A stretch of DNA of 63,950 nucleotides, the filler included, from an uncultured bacterium (GTDB lineage: Bacteria > CAZSTA01), in the NCBI GenBank assembly GCA_964609495.1. It is 10 parts of 10 records of this genome, joined end to end, with 100 filler letters (N's around TTAATTAATTAA, not from the genome) between each part and the next. Parts side by side here need not be neighbours in the genome. Positions count along the whole stretch, not along the records: positions 1 to 6,933 come from CAZSTA010000191.1; positions 7,034 to 13,924 come from CAZSTA010000192.1; 8 more parts are not named here. One strand, written 5' to 3'. A program made the position numbers and the translations under genes. The notes beneath the pieces are model-generated. The model was not told where the DNA came from, searched no databases, and worked only from the letters and a program-made list of their open reading frames with translations. Below, piece by piece: positions 1-9,951 of the stretch. The stretch's first letter is position 1. Every line of letters begins with the position of its first letter.

Positions 1-106
1 TCGTTCAAAGCTTTAAGTTCATCCCTCGATTTCTTTCCTACTCCAACACTCATATCAATGATTTATAAAGCTCATAATCACTATCTCCTTATCAGATATA
101 AGAGAC

Positions 107-141
107 GCTTGGATTAGCTCTCCTGAGGAGCTAACCCAAGC
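107..141 (-). terminator. Stem-loop downstream of GH2 gene
   Basis: GCTTGGATTAGCTC...GAGCTAACCCAAGC 14-bp inverted repeat (one G-U) 16 nt after the GH2 stop; weak U-tract. Confidence 0.5.
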
Positions 142-157
142 TTATAATTATCTTTAC

Positions 158-2326
158 CTAGAACGGAAGAGGCATAGGGATCATCGGTGGCACAAAGGTT
201 ATCTCCTCCTGATTCTCCGAGAGTATCTTACCAGTAGCTTCCATCAACTTGGCTTTGAGCAGATAATCGCCAGGTTTTAGACTTGCCAGCGTCTCATATA
301 GCCCCTTTAAGAACTGCATCATCTCCGCAGAACCCAGATCCTCAAGGGAGAAGAAAGAGACATCAGTAACACTATCGGCGGAGATATCTAGGGGAAGAGA
401 AACAAGGTCGATTCTATTTCCAGCAGAATCCTCTAGGAATAGCTCAAGGGTAGCCCCTTTGAATTCCTCATAGAGATCGTTAACCACAGCTATCCTCTCT
501 ATAAGACCGAAGATAGATCCTATCTCCATCTTCCTACGAGTTACGCTCATACTAACTAGCACAGGTTGATAGGCTAAGCGAAGCGCCTCATATCCCCTCT
601 TTGGCTGGCGGTAATAATCCACAACTGAGCAAGTGATCGAGGGCCAACAATCAACGAACATAAATTGGAAGAGACTCGTTATCCTGCTATACTTAGCTCG
701 GCGATAATTCTCTATCGCGAACTTCAATAGATCGTATTGATACTTCTGACTATTAGCGATGAACTCCTCGATATTTTCCCCTCGATCTATATGAGCGACA
801 TTGAAAGTTTGATCATATTGGAAGTCATGGTAAGCCCATTTCTTCCAATCCTTCTGGGTTTGGGGATTCAGTTCCTCCTCCGTAAACATCTCCTTCACCA
901 TATTCAAATTGGGCAAAGCTGGAGCTCCAAATTCATTTACAAACGGAGCTTGGGGTAAGGCGATATAATCTTCCATACTTCCCCAGTACCAGCCCGGATA
1001 GGTATGCTGAGAGAAATCGGAGGCAGGAGTAACAAAGCGAGTGCCATCCTCCTCTTTAACCGCTATCTCCAACACCGGATCCAGGACGTGGCGATTATGA
1101 GTTGGCTCGTTGTGACAGCACCAAACGACGATGCTAGGATGATTATAGAAACAACGAACCATATCCTTGATCTGAGTGACCGCCTTATTGGCGAAGGCAT
1201 CGGAAGCCTGATATCCCCATTGGAGAGCGAAATCTTGCCAAACAAGGATTCCTGCAGAATCACAGGCCGCGTAGAATTCCTCTCGGTTGACGTGAGCGTG
1301 AATTCTAACTCCGTTGATGTTAGCCCCTTTGAGAAGCTCCATATCCTTATTTATCATCTCCGCATCATACTCTGATAGCCACTGAGTAGGAATTATATTA
1401 GTTCCTCTGACAAAGATCTGCTTTCCGTTTAAGAACCAACGCCAATCCTTATCGATCTCTATGCTCCTTATTCCGAATTCGGTCTCGGATTGGGCGACGA
1501 TCTTATCCTCTCGAGATATAGCGGATTTCAACTTATATAGATTAGGTTCTCCGTGATCCCAGGTGTTCCATAGGTAGGGCTTCTCGATAGTCTTTACAAA
1601 TACTATCTCGTTCTCTCCGGGGTTAAGTCTTACTTCTTTAGCTAGAGCGTAAGTCTCCTCGGATTTGAAATTAGCTGGAACTATGTCGATCGCTACTTTA
1701 GCTTCAACTGGAGTAGTCTCATCATTGGCTATTTTCAAATTAGTAGTCAATATCGCTTTCCCGCTCTTCAGAATACAAGGAGAGACCTTCATCCCTTCCA
1801 GCCTCACCTTATCGGAGATCACCAGCTCCACCTTATTCCATATACCTCCGGTATTCTTTGTCTGACCTTTCTCTGGATCACTGGATCCAGGGCGACAGTC
1901 GTGATGTCCGAAGATGCCCTTGATCAAAGTTTTGTGAGCGGGCCAGACCTTGCGAGGCTCCTCATAAGGAGAATCTACTCTTACTAAGAGAATATTCTCC
2001 TCTTCGATCAGGGGAGTAACATTGAATTTGAAAGGCTGGAAATATCCTTCATGAGAGCCGATATGCTCACCGTTTAGCCAGACATCAGCGAAATAATCAA
2101 CGCCGTAGAACTTGATCCATACTTCTTTACCTTCCACCTCCTCAGGTTTGGAAAAGGTGCGCTTAAACCAGATCACCCCGCAATAATCATCTACTCCGGC
2201 TAATTGCCAGTTATTGGGAATGGACATCTCCTTCCATTCCCCCTCATCGGTTAAGTAATCCTCGAATCTACCGGTGCCTGTAGGATCCTTTCTATAATTC
2301 CACAGACCATTGAGAGATATGATCAT
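158..2326 (-). CDS. Glycoside hydrolase family 2 (beta-mannosidase/beta-galactosidase-like)
   Basis: N-terminal sugar-binding domain (FYGVDY..VWLNG..GSHEGYF), TIM barrel with HPSIVVWCCHNEP acid/base and VNEFG nucleophile motifs; AAGGAG RBS. Confidence 0.9.
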   Translation of the reverse strand: MIISLNGLWNYRKDPTGTGRFEDYLTDEGEWKEMSIPNNWQLAGVDDYCGVIWFKRTFSKPEEVEGKEVWIKFYGVDYFADVWLNGEHIGSHEGYFQPFKFNVTPLIEEENILLVRVDSPYEEPRKVWPAHKTLIKGIFGHHDCRPGSSDPEKGQTKNTGGIWNKVELVISDKVRLEGMKVSPCILKSGKAILTTNLKIANDETTPVEAKVAIDIVPANFKSEETYALAKEVRLNPGENEIVFVKTIEKPYLWNTWDHGEPNLYKLKSAISREDKIVAQSETEFGIRSIEIDKDWRWFLNGKQIFVRGTNIIPTQWLSEYDAEMINKDMELLKGANINGVRIHAHVNREEFYAACDSAGILVWQDFALQWGYQASDAFANKAVTQIKDMVRCFYNHPSIVVWCCHNEPTHNRHVLDPVLEIAVKEEDGTRFVTPASDFSQHTYPGWYWGSMEDYIALPQAPFVNEFGAPALPNLNMVKEMFTEEELNPQTQKDWKKWAYHDFQYDQTFNVAHIDRGENIEEFIANSQKYQYDLLKFAIENYRRAKYSRITSLFQFMFVDCWPSITCSVVDYYRQPKRGYEALRLAYQPVLVSMSVTRRKMEIGSIFGLIERIAVVNDLYEEFKGATLELFLEDSAGNRIDLVSLPLDISADSVTDVSFFSLEDLGSAEMMQFLKGLYETLASLKPGDYLLKAKLMEATGKILSENQEEITFVPPMIPMPLPF

Positions 2327-2386
2327 ATAATCATCTCCTTTTTATCTTAAGTTTGACAGTTATGCTCGAGGGATTATGATATGATT

Positions 2387-2490
2387 CCCCCTCACCCTAT
2401 CCCTCTCCCACAAGGGGAGAGGGAACACTGAGATAAGATTGCTCTCTTCATTTTCCCCTCCCTTGATGAGAGGGGTCAGGGGAGGGTGAT
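2387..2490. repeat. REP-like convergent double-hairpin repeat (CCCCCTCACCC..CCCTCTCCC..GGGAGAGGG family), complete copy
   Basis: Related copies at 20745-20815, 40291-40381, 47875-47907, 48048-48061 and 61297-61366. Confidence 0.85.
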
Positions 2491-2741
2491 AATTAACAAG
2501 ATTCTTTGATAGCCTTATTAATTCAGCAAAAACCAATCTAAAGGAAGTTCAAGGCATAATTTGATCTCGAATATCTCGGATAAAACAACCAGAAACTTTT
2601 CTGAAACTACTTAAATCTCCGAACTAATCGAACATTTCGCATCGGATAGCAGTCTCACCTTCACCGAATAATCATTATCAGACTATTCAGCTTAATACTC
2701 CTACTTGAGGTTTCCAACTTTGGCTAATGTCAAAGTTGGGT

Positions 2742-4085
2742 TCACTTCTCGGTTGGCATAAGGATAGAGACGATGTGAGCCTCGGTGAAGTATTTGTTAG
2801 CTATCTCCATAATATCTTCTTTAGTCACGGCCTCTATCTGCTCTGGATACTTAGCATCGAATTCATAACCAGCTCCCATAGTCTCATACCACCCCAGATA
2901 CCAAGCTTGATCCTTATTGCGCTGGTGAGCTAGGGCAAAACTTCCGATCAGGTATTTCTTAGCCTTCTCCAACTCCTCATCACTCACCAACTTGGTCTTC
3001 AACCTCTCTATCTCTTCAAGCATACCTTCCTTAGCCTGCTCTACGCTCTCTGGGCTCGTTATTATATACCCCACGAAATGACTCGGACCTTTACGGGAGG
3101 GGAAGAAGGAGCTGGTGTCATAAGCCAACCCTCTCTTATCCCGTAATTCCACAAAGAAGCGGGAACTCATCCCTCCTCCCAGAATGGTGTTTATCAGCTT
3201 GAGGATGGGATAATCATCGCTATCAACACTGGGGGCTGGATAACCGATTATCATCCACGCAGCCTGAAGCTCTCTCTCTTTGGAGACCTCTTTAGTTTCC
3301 TCCAATTTGATATCCCAGATGCGCCTCTGATCCGCTAACTGATTCAGTCTGACCCGGGCAGGCAAGGATTTTTCTGGTAACTTCCCCAGAGTCTTCTCGA
3401 GCATATCCAACATTTTAGTTGTGGAGAAGTTTCCTACTACTGAAACGATCATATTATTGGGGATACAGTAGCTCTTGTAGAAATCTACGAGGTCATCTCT
3501 CGATAAGTATTTTATCGTCTGATCGGTTCCCATCTCTACCCGGCTGTAGGGATAAGCGCCGTATAAAGTTTCTCTGAAGAGGTCATAGACCGGCGTGAAA
3601 GGACTATCGAGTCTAGCTTTGAGTTGAGCCAGTATATCTTGTCTCTCCTTCTCTATCTCCTCGGCAGGGAAATTGGAGTTTTGGATTACATCAATCAATA
3701 TCTCCAATCCCGCAGGGAAGTACTCGCTGATCGTTATGAGATATATCTCCCCCCAGTCAGGAGCTGTTTGGGTGCTTAAGACTCCTCCTATCGACTCTAT
3801 ATCATTTGCGATCTGAGTGGCTGTTCTGTTCTCGGTCCCTTTCAGTAGCATCCCTTGAGTGAAGTCAGATATCCCAGTCTCATTCTTCAACTCAATGCGC
3901 GGTCCAATCTTGAGGAAGATCTCTAAAGCGATTATATCATTAGCGTGATTCTCACGAGCTAGCACAGTAAGACCATTATCGAAAGTCACCTTAGTAACCG
4001 GCAAGGGAGCGGATTCGGAGGATATAGGTGCAAAGCTCAGAGCCAAGATGAGCATCACTGTTAATAGGAATATCTTTCTCATCAT
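2742..4085 (-). CDS. M16 family peptidase, non-catalytic subunit, with signal peptide
   Basis: M16 fold; HXXEH replaced by DFTQG; C-terminal LRDKRGLAYD R/Y motif; hydrophobic N-terminus. Confidence 0.88.
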   Translation of the reverse strand: MMRKIFLLTVMLILALSFAPISSESAPLPVTKVTFDNGLTVLARENHANDIIALEIFLKIGPRIELKNETGISDFTQGMLLKGTENRTATQIANDIESIGGVLSTQTAPDWGEIYLITISEYFPAGLEILIDVIQNSNFPAEEIEKERQDILAQLKARLDSPFTPVYDLFRETLYGAYPYSRVEMGTDQTIKYLSRDDLVDFYKSYCIPNNMIVSVVGNFSTTKMLDMLEKTLGKLPEKSLPARVRLNQLADQRRIWDIKLEETKEVSKERELQAAWMIIGYPAPSVDSDDYPILKLINTILGGGMSSRFFVELRDKRGLAYDTSSFFPSRKGPSHFVGYIITSPESVEQAKEGMLEEIERLKTKLVSDEELEKAKKYLIGSFALAHQRNKDQAWYLGWYETMGAGYEFDAKYPEQIEAVTKEDIMEIANKYFTEAHIVSILMPTEK

Positions 4086-4116
4086 AATTCATCTCTCCTT
4101 TCTTTAATCGGATTAT

Positions 4117-4150
4117 AATAGCTGCTGGATCATCAAATCCAGCAGCTATT
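4117..4150. terminator. Intercistronic perfect 14-bp hairpin between the two M16 genes
   Basis: AATAGCTGCTGGAT-catcaa-ATCCAGCAGCTATT. Confidence 0.6.
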
Positions 4151-4163
4151 TTACCGAGGTTCC

Positions 4164-5474
4164 TTATTCTCCTTTAGGCTCAAGCGCAGCCAAAGTATAG
4201 ACATCGGTGGTGAGATACTTTTGAGCGACTCGTATTACATCCTCTTTAGTAACTGATCTTATGTTCTTCAGGTAGTTACGTTCATAATCGAGGTCCGCTA
4301 TCAGTGACCAATACCCCAAAGAGAAAGCCTGATCGGAATTGGTCTCACTATTAAAGGCATATTCGGACTCGATCATTGTCTTGACCTTACCCAACTCCTC
4401 ATCAGTAACCGGCTCAGTTTTGAGTTTTTCCAACTCTTCAAGGATGGCTTCCTTAACCTCGTCCAATTTTCCCACATCGAAGAGCGCGTGAACTCTAAGC
4501 ATACCTGGCTCCTTTTGCGTAAGATAGCCAGCCCTGATAGATAGAACTAACTGTTTATTCTCCTTAACCTGCTGATACAGTCTGGAGCTTCTTCCTTCTC
4601 CCAGGATGTAGATGAGAACATCCATAATGTAGGAGTCATCGCTTTCAGCAGGAGGGGCGGGAAAAGCTACCGCCAGGTAAACTTGATTGACGTCTCTCTC
4701 CTCTATATCCTCCTTCACCTCTTTGGGCCAAACTGCCTCAAATTTGGGAGTGGGAGGTAAAGGTTTAGCCTCAAAATCAGCGAAGGCTTCTTTGACTTCG
4801 GCTATAACCTCATCTGAATCGACATCTCCTATTATCACTAAAGTCATATTATTGGGAACGTAATAGGTTTGATAGTAGTCTATTAAGGTATCTCTCGACA
4901 TGTTTTCGACGATCTCTCTAGGTCCTAAAATCGGTCGGGCGTAAGGATGTCCACTGAAGAAGTCGGAATAAATCTTACTCACTAAATAGCTGCTCGGGTT
5001 ATCATCTCTTCTGTTTATCTCCTCCAAGATAACCTTCCTCTCCATCTCAACCTCGTTTGGATCGAAAACGGAGTTCATTATAGAATCGGAGAGGACATCT
5101 AGGACTACATCAAAGTAGCGACTAGCGACTGTCACATAGTAGTAGGTGAAATCCATAGAGGTGCCGGCGTTGGATTGCCCTCCTACTGATTCTATCTCCA
5201 GATCGAAATCCCCTCGCCCTCTCTTCTCAGTTCCCTTGAACATCATATGTTCTATGAAATGGGAGATTCCGTTATTCTCATCAGTCTCGTTGATAGAGCC
5301 AGTATTTACCCAGATATTTACCGCGACCACATCGATGTTGTGAATCTCCTTGACCAGAACAGTCATTCCGTTATCCAGAACAACCTCTTTAAGTTCCTCA
5401 GCGGAAATAGAAGTAGTAGCAATCATCGCTAAAATTAAGGTTGCTACTACAACGAAATTCTTCGACGCTTTCAT
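4164..5474 (-). CDS. M16 family zinc peptidase, catalytic subunit, with signal peptide
   Basis: GISHFIEHMMFKGT (HXXEH), downstream ERKVILEE, SSRLY motif; N-terminal signal ending ISA-EE. Confidence 0.92.
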   Translation of the reverse strand: MKASKNFVVVATLILAMIATTSISAEELKEVVLDNGMTVLVKEIHNIDVVAVNIWVNTGSINETDENNGISHFIEHMMFKGTEKRGRGDFDLEIESVGGQSNAGTSMDFTYYYVTVASRYFDVVLDVLSDSIMNSVFDPNEVEMERKVILEEINRRDDNPSSYLVSKIYSDFFSGHPYARPILGPREIVENMSRDTLIDYYQTYYVPNNMTLVIIGDVDSDEVIAEVKEAFADFEAKPLPPTPKFEAVWPKEVKEDIEERDVNQVYLAVAFPAPPAESDDSYIMDVLIYILGEGRSSRLYQQVKENKQLVLSIRAGYLTQKEPGMLRVHALFDVGKLDEVKEAILEELEKLKTEPVTDEELGKVKTMIESEYAFNSETNSDQAFSLGYWSLIADLDYERNYLKNIRSVTKEDVIRVAQKYLTTDVYTLAALEPKGE

Positions 5475-5520
5475 CTCAATACCTCCTTTGCTCTAAGGAT
5501 AAAATTTCCCTCCAATCATA

Positions 5521-5892
5521 CTATTTACCAGGAGAAAGTCCTACTAAGATCACTCCCGCACAGATCATAATGACCCCGATCCAGCGAATTAGGGGCACCT
5601 CCTCCTGAGCTACAATGAAGCCTGTTTTAGAGGCTAGTAGCACTAATACATAACCTAGGCTGACCATCGGATAAGCTTTACTGATGGGGACTTTTTGGAG
5701 AGCCTTCATCCAAATGAGAGCACTGGTTACGAAGAACACAAAACCAGCCAGAATAGCAGGGGTAGTGAACATTCTGATATACTCAGCTAGCAACGATCCT
5801 CCCGTTGTCACCTGACTTATTCCCCTCTTCAGTATCAACTGTCCCAATATCGCAATAGTAACTGAGAATACTATTAGTATAAATGAACGCAA
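5521..5892 (-). CDS. SMR/EamA family small transporter (ArnE/ArnF-like)
   Basis: Four hydrophobic helices, GQLILK and ISKAYPMVSLGYV motifs; AAGGAGG RBS with TTG start. Confidence 0.8.
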   Translation of the reverse strand: MRSFILIVFSVTIAILGQLILKRGISQVTTGGSLLAEYIRMFTTPAILAGFVFFVTSALIWMKALQKVPISKAYPMVSLGYVLVLLASKTGFIVAQEEVPLIRWIGVIMICAGVILVGLSPGK

Positions 5893-5929
5893 TATCCGAT
5901 TTCCTCCTTTCTAATTTGACGTCCCCTCT

Positions 5930-5958
5930 ATTATAACTCAAAATTGCTATATACGCAA
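5930..5958 (-). promoter_or_regulatory. Sigma70-type promoter for the SMR-M16 operon
   Basis: Minus strand TTGCGT-N17-TATAAT. Confidence 0.5.
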
Positions 5959-6101
5959 GGAGAAAAATAAACTTTTAGGGTCCTTTAGAATTTGTATGAG
6001 CTATGTGGAAAGATAGTGATGATCTATCAAGCAGTAGGATGTTTTCTTGACTCGCATGATATAATATAATTGACATTGGTAGAAAGGGATTTATATTTCA
6101 T

Positions 6102-6131
6102 TTGACATATAAGCTCGAAAAGTGATATAAT
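6102..6131 (+). promoter_or_regulatory. Sigma70-type promoter for nth
   Basis: TTGACA-N18-TATAAT with extended TG. Confidence 0.5.
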
Positions 6132-6175
6132 ATAGCCAGTTTGATACTTTACCCAGATACTGTGAGGGGTAAGTT

Positions 6176-6829
6176 GTGGGAGATAATAAGATCGATAGAA
6201 TAGGGATCCTATTGGAAAAGGAGTATGGGCGGAAGGAGTGGGTGACGCATGGCGATCCTCTAAGCGAATTGATCGGGACGATCCTGTCCCAAAACACTTC
6301 TGATAAGAATTCTCACAGAGCTTTTGAGAATCTTCGCCGAAGATTTAAGGATTGGGAGGAGGTAAGGAATGCTTCTTTAGGGGAGATTAGAGAGGCTATA
6401 AAGGTGGGTGGCTTAGCTCAGATAAAGGCTAAGAGGATAAAGGATATTTTAAACGAAATCCTTGCTAGACAAGGGAGTTTAGATCTATGGTTCTTAGCTG
6501 ATTTATCTATTAAAGAAGCTAGAGATTATCTGCTGTCCTTTGAGGGGGTGGGACCTAAGACCGCGGCTTGTGTTTTATTATTCGCCTTGGGGAAGCCATC
6601 TCTTCCCGTGGATACCCATATCAATAGAGTATCCAAGCGGTTAGGACTTATAGGTGGAAAAGTCGGCGCTGATAAAGCTCATAATCTCCTTCAGGAGATG
6701 ATACCCGATGAGGATATTTACTCCTTTCATCTGAATATGATCGCTCATGGAAGGAGGATATGTCATTCTCGCTCGCCGTTGTGTAACGAATGCGTTCTGG
6801 CGGAGGAATGCGATTATTTTTCAACATAA
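6176..6829 (+). CDS. nth: Endonuclease III (HhH-GPD, 4Fe-4S)
   Basis: ILSQNT, GVGPKTA HhH, PVDTH, C-X6-C-X2-C-X5-C cluster motif. Confidence 0.9.
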   Translation: MGDNKIDRIGILLEKEYGRKEWVTHGDPLSELIGTILSQNTSDKNSHRAFENLRRRFKDWEEVRNASLGEIREAIKVGGLAQIKAKRIKDILNEILARQGSLDLWFLADLSIKEARDYLLSFEGVGPKTAACVLLFALGKPSLPVDTHINRVSKRLGLIGGKVGADKAHNLLQEMIPDEDIYSFHLNMIAHGRRICHSRSPLCNECVLAEECDYFST

Positions 6830-6933
6830 AATTAGGTGAAGTTGCTGCCTGTTTTGGTAGGTAGGCAGGATGAAGGATGAGGATAAGACAAAAGAGCAAC
6901 TTATAAATGACTTGGTGGAAATGCATCAACGAA

Positions 6934-7033
6934 NNNNNNNNNNNNNNNNNNNNNNNNNNNNNNNNNNNNNNNNNNNNTTAATTAATTAANNNNNNNNNNN
7001 NNNNNNNNNNNNNNNNNNNNNNNNNNNNNNNNN
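6934..7033. other. Artificial contig linker (first of nine; others at 13925, 20816, 27620, 34409, 41169, 47908, 54554, 61197, each 100 nt)
   Basis: N44-TTAATTAATTAA-N44 with stops in all six frames; contig lengths decrease monotonically. Confidence 0.98.
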
Positions 7034-8288
7034 CTTATTGCTCGGTTGGGTAACTATCCCAATGGCTAACGCCGAAAAGATGACCCTGTCGTTAATAGAT
7101 TGGCATCAGCCTAGGATGAACCTTTATGAGGAGAGGGTTAAGGAATACGAGCAGGTTAATCCCGATGTAAAATTCGAGCCAACTATTATCCCTTGGGAAT
7201 CATTCTGGGAAAAAGCCTTAGCTGGGGCAGCCGCGGGGAAGCCGGTGGGCGATGTGATGCAATTTCATAACGCCAAGACAAGTATATTCATGGGGTTACT
7301 AGAACCCTATCCTGAGGATCTCTTCCCTCTGGATAAGATGCGGGAGGAATTCTTCACCTTTGATCAAGCCTATGTCTTCGATGGTGAATTCTACTTCTAT
7401 CCCGGTGGAATAATGAGCTCTCTTCTCTTCTACAACAAGAAGATGTGGGATGAGTCGGGGATAGCGGAGTTTCCGAAGACTTGGGAGGATCTAAGGGCAA
7501 CTGCTAAGAAGCTGACGAAATATAGCGAGACAGGTGAGATCGATATCGCTGGTTTGGCTTTCAATGGCTATGGTGGCTTGCTCTGGGACGACTTAAATTA
7601 TCAAGTGGGTGGTTGGCACTATAATGAAGGTGGAACTGGAGTCGAGTGGGATACCGAGGCTGGACGAAAAGCTGTAACCTTCATTTGGGAGTTGATGTTT
7701 AAGGATAAGGTTAATTCCCCAGGCTTTTTGGGCTGGATGGAGGCTTTCGGCACGGAGAAATCAGCTATGGTATATGGCTGGACTTGGTTCCGAGGCTGGA
7801 TGGATGTCACCTATCCAGATGTTGAGTATATAGTCTCGGTTCTTCCCACTCCCGATGGGGATATGTGCCCCGCCGTAGCTAGGAATAACTATGAGTGTGA
7901 GCTAGCTATTCCTAAGGCTACTCCTGAGGATAAGAAGAAGGAGGGCTTCAAGTTCATCAAGTGGCTATTCGATGACGATCAACTCTTCATCGATATGAAT
8001 ATAGCTCTAGCTAGAGTTCCTGGTAGATTGAGTCTGTGGGATGATCCTCAGATAACAGGGGATAAGGTAGTGGGAGTTCTGGCTAAGCAAATTCCTTATA
8101 CTGTCTTCCCTGGTGAGTGGCCAGATAGAGGAGGAGCAGATCCTCTGACGCGAATGGAGGATGCCATCAGAAACGAGATGGATCCTCTTGAGGCTTTGAA
8201 GATGGCTGAGGAAGATGCCAATATGGCTTTGGCGGATAAGCCGGTGGATTGGGTAGTGGAAAGAGAATATAGTCCACCTTGTGAGTAA
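7034..8288 (+). CDS. Carbohydrate ABC transporter solute-binding protein (5' truncated by contig edge), paralogue 1
   Basis: LFYNKKMW..G...PKTWEDL SBP motif; aligns to 8580-9878 from within the signal peptide. Confidence 0.9.
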
Positions 8289-8299
8289 GCCGAGATTGG

Positions 8300-8332
8300 A
8301 TGCTGTCAGCTCTCGGGGCTGACAGCATTTTT
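8300..8332 (+). terminator. Rho-independent terminator after SBP paralogue 1
   Basis: ATGCTGTCAGC-tctcggg-GCTGACAGCAT followed by TTTT. Confidence 0.8.
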
Positions 8333-8397
8333 AATAAGAAGCGAGATAAATTAGTAAGGTATCAGATCCTCAATATTTATACATTTTGCAACTTCCC

Positions 8398-8426
8398 TTG
8401 ACAATCAGACTAATTTGAAGTATAAT
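8398..8426 (+). promoter_or_regulatory. Consensus sigma70 promoter for the SBP2 ABC operon
   Basis: TTGACA-N17-TATAAT exact match. Confidence 0.8.
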
Positions 8427-8579
8427 TGAAACGCCCTAACAAAAGAATTACTTATGATAAGTGTCAGCTTGGGAAAGCACTATTTGAGAGGATAAGGAGG
8501 TGATATTATAGAGTAATAGATAAATTTATTTTATCCTGTAATGTCTGATAAACACCTATAAATTAAGGAGGGTAAAAAA

Positions 8580-9878
8580 TTGAAAGGTAAAGTTATAATC
8601 TTATCAACGCTCTTTGTAGCAGCCTTATTGTTCAGTTGGGTAACTATTCCCACAGCTAATGCTGAGAAGATGACTCTGTCGTTAGTAGATTGGCATGAGC
8701 CTCGAATGATCCTTTATGAGAAGAAGACTAAGGAATACGAACAGGTTAATCCCGAGGTGAAAATCGAGACAACCATTATCCCTTGGAGTGAGTTCTGGCA
8801 AAAAGCCTTAGCTGGGGCAGCCGCCGGGCAAGTGCTGGGTGATGTGATGCAATTCCACAATGCTCAAACCAGCACGTTTATGGGACTTCTGGAGCCATAT
8901 CCCGAAGATCTCTTCCCTCTGGATGAGATGCGGGAGGAATTCTTCGCCTTTGATCAAGCCTACGTCTTCGATGGCGAATTCTACTTCTATCCTGGGGGGA
9001 TAATGTCCCCTCTTATGTTCTACAACAAGAAGATGTGGGATGAGTCGGGGATAGCGGAGTTTCCGAAGACTTGGGAGGATCTAAGGGCAACTGCTAAGAA
9101 GCTGACGAAATATAGCGAGACAGGCGAGATTGATATCGCTGGTTTAGCTTTTAATGGTGCTGCTGGCTTTATCTGGGACGACTTCAATTATCAAATGGGA
9201 GGCTGGACATACAGCGAAGAGGGCGGCACTAGGGTCGAATGGGATACTGAGGAGGGACGAAAAGTTGCAACCTTCATTTGGGAGTTGATGTTCAAGGATA
9301 AGGTTAATTCCCCAGGCTTTTTGGACTGGTCGGAGGCTTTTGGCACGGAGAAATCAGCTATGGTGTATGGCTGGACTTGGTTCCGAGGCTGGATGGATGT
9401 CACCTATCCAGATGTTGAGTATATAGTCTCGGTTCTTCCCACTCCCGATGGGGATATGTGCCCCGCCGTAGCTAGGAATAACTATGAGTGTGAGCTAGCT
9501 ATTCCTAAGGCTACTCCTGAGGATAAGAAGAAGGAAGGCTTCAAGTTCATCAAGTGGCTATTCGATGACGATCAGCTCTTCATCGATATGAATATAGCCC
9601 TAGCTAGGGTTCCTGGTAGGTTGAGTCTATGGGATGATCCTCAGATAACAGGGGATAAAGTATTGGGAGTTCTGGCTAAACAAGTTCCTTATACTGTCTT
9701 CCCCGGTGAGTATCCGGCCAGAATAAGTGATCCTCTGACTCGAATGGAGGATGCTATCAGAAACGAGATGGATCCTCTTGAAGCTTTGAAGATGGCTGAG
9801 GAAGATGCCAATATGCTCTTGGCGGATAAGCCGGTGGATTGGGTAGTGGAAAGACAGTATAGTCCACCTTGTGAGTAA
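8580..9878 (+). CDS. Carbohydrate ABC transporter solute-binding protein, paralogue 2
   Basis: Signal peptide, SBP motifs, AAGGAGG RBS with TTG start, followed by two permeases. Confidence 0.92.
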   Translation: MKGKVIILSTLFVAALLFSWVTIPTANAEKMTLSLVDWHEPRMILYEKKTKEYEQVNPEVKIETTIIPWSEFWQKALAGAAAGQVLGDVMQFHNAQTSTFMGLLEPYPEDLFPLDEMREEFFAFDQAYVFDGEFYFYPGGIMSPLMFYNKKMWDESGIAEFPKTWEDLRATAKKLTKYSETGEIDIAGLAFNGAAGFIWDDFNYQMGGWTYSEEGGTRVEWDTEEGRKVATFIWELMFKDKVNSPGFLDWSEAFGTEKSAMVYGWTWFRGWMDVTYPDVEYIVSVLPTPDGDMCPAVARNNYECELAIPKATPEDKKKEGFKFIKWLFDDDQLFIDMNIALARVPGRLSLWDDPQITGDKVLGVLAKQVPYTVFPGEYPARISDPLTRMEDAIRNEMDPLEALKMAEEDANMLLADKPVDWVVERQYSPPCE

Positions 9879-9887
9879 GCCGAAATC

Positions 9888-9924
9888 AGATACTGTCAGC
9901 CCCGAGAGCTGACAGTATCTTTTT
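9888..9924 (+). terminator. Intercistronic terminator/stabilising hairpin after SBP2
   Basis: AGATACTGTCAGC-cccgaga-GCTGACAGTATCT followed by TTTT. Confidence 0.75.
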
Positions 9925-9951
9925 CTAAAATTTATTTGAGGAGCGAGGTAA

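Noticed and set aside
2590-2735. Possible riboswitch or leader upstream of GH2
   Set aside because: Only weak short stems and no recognisable aptamer consensus
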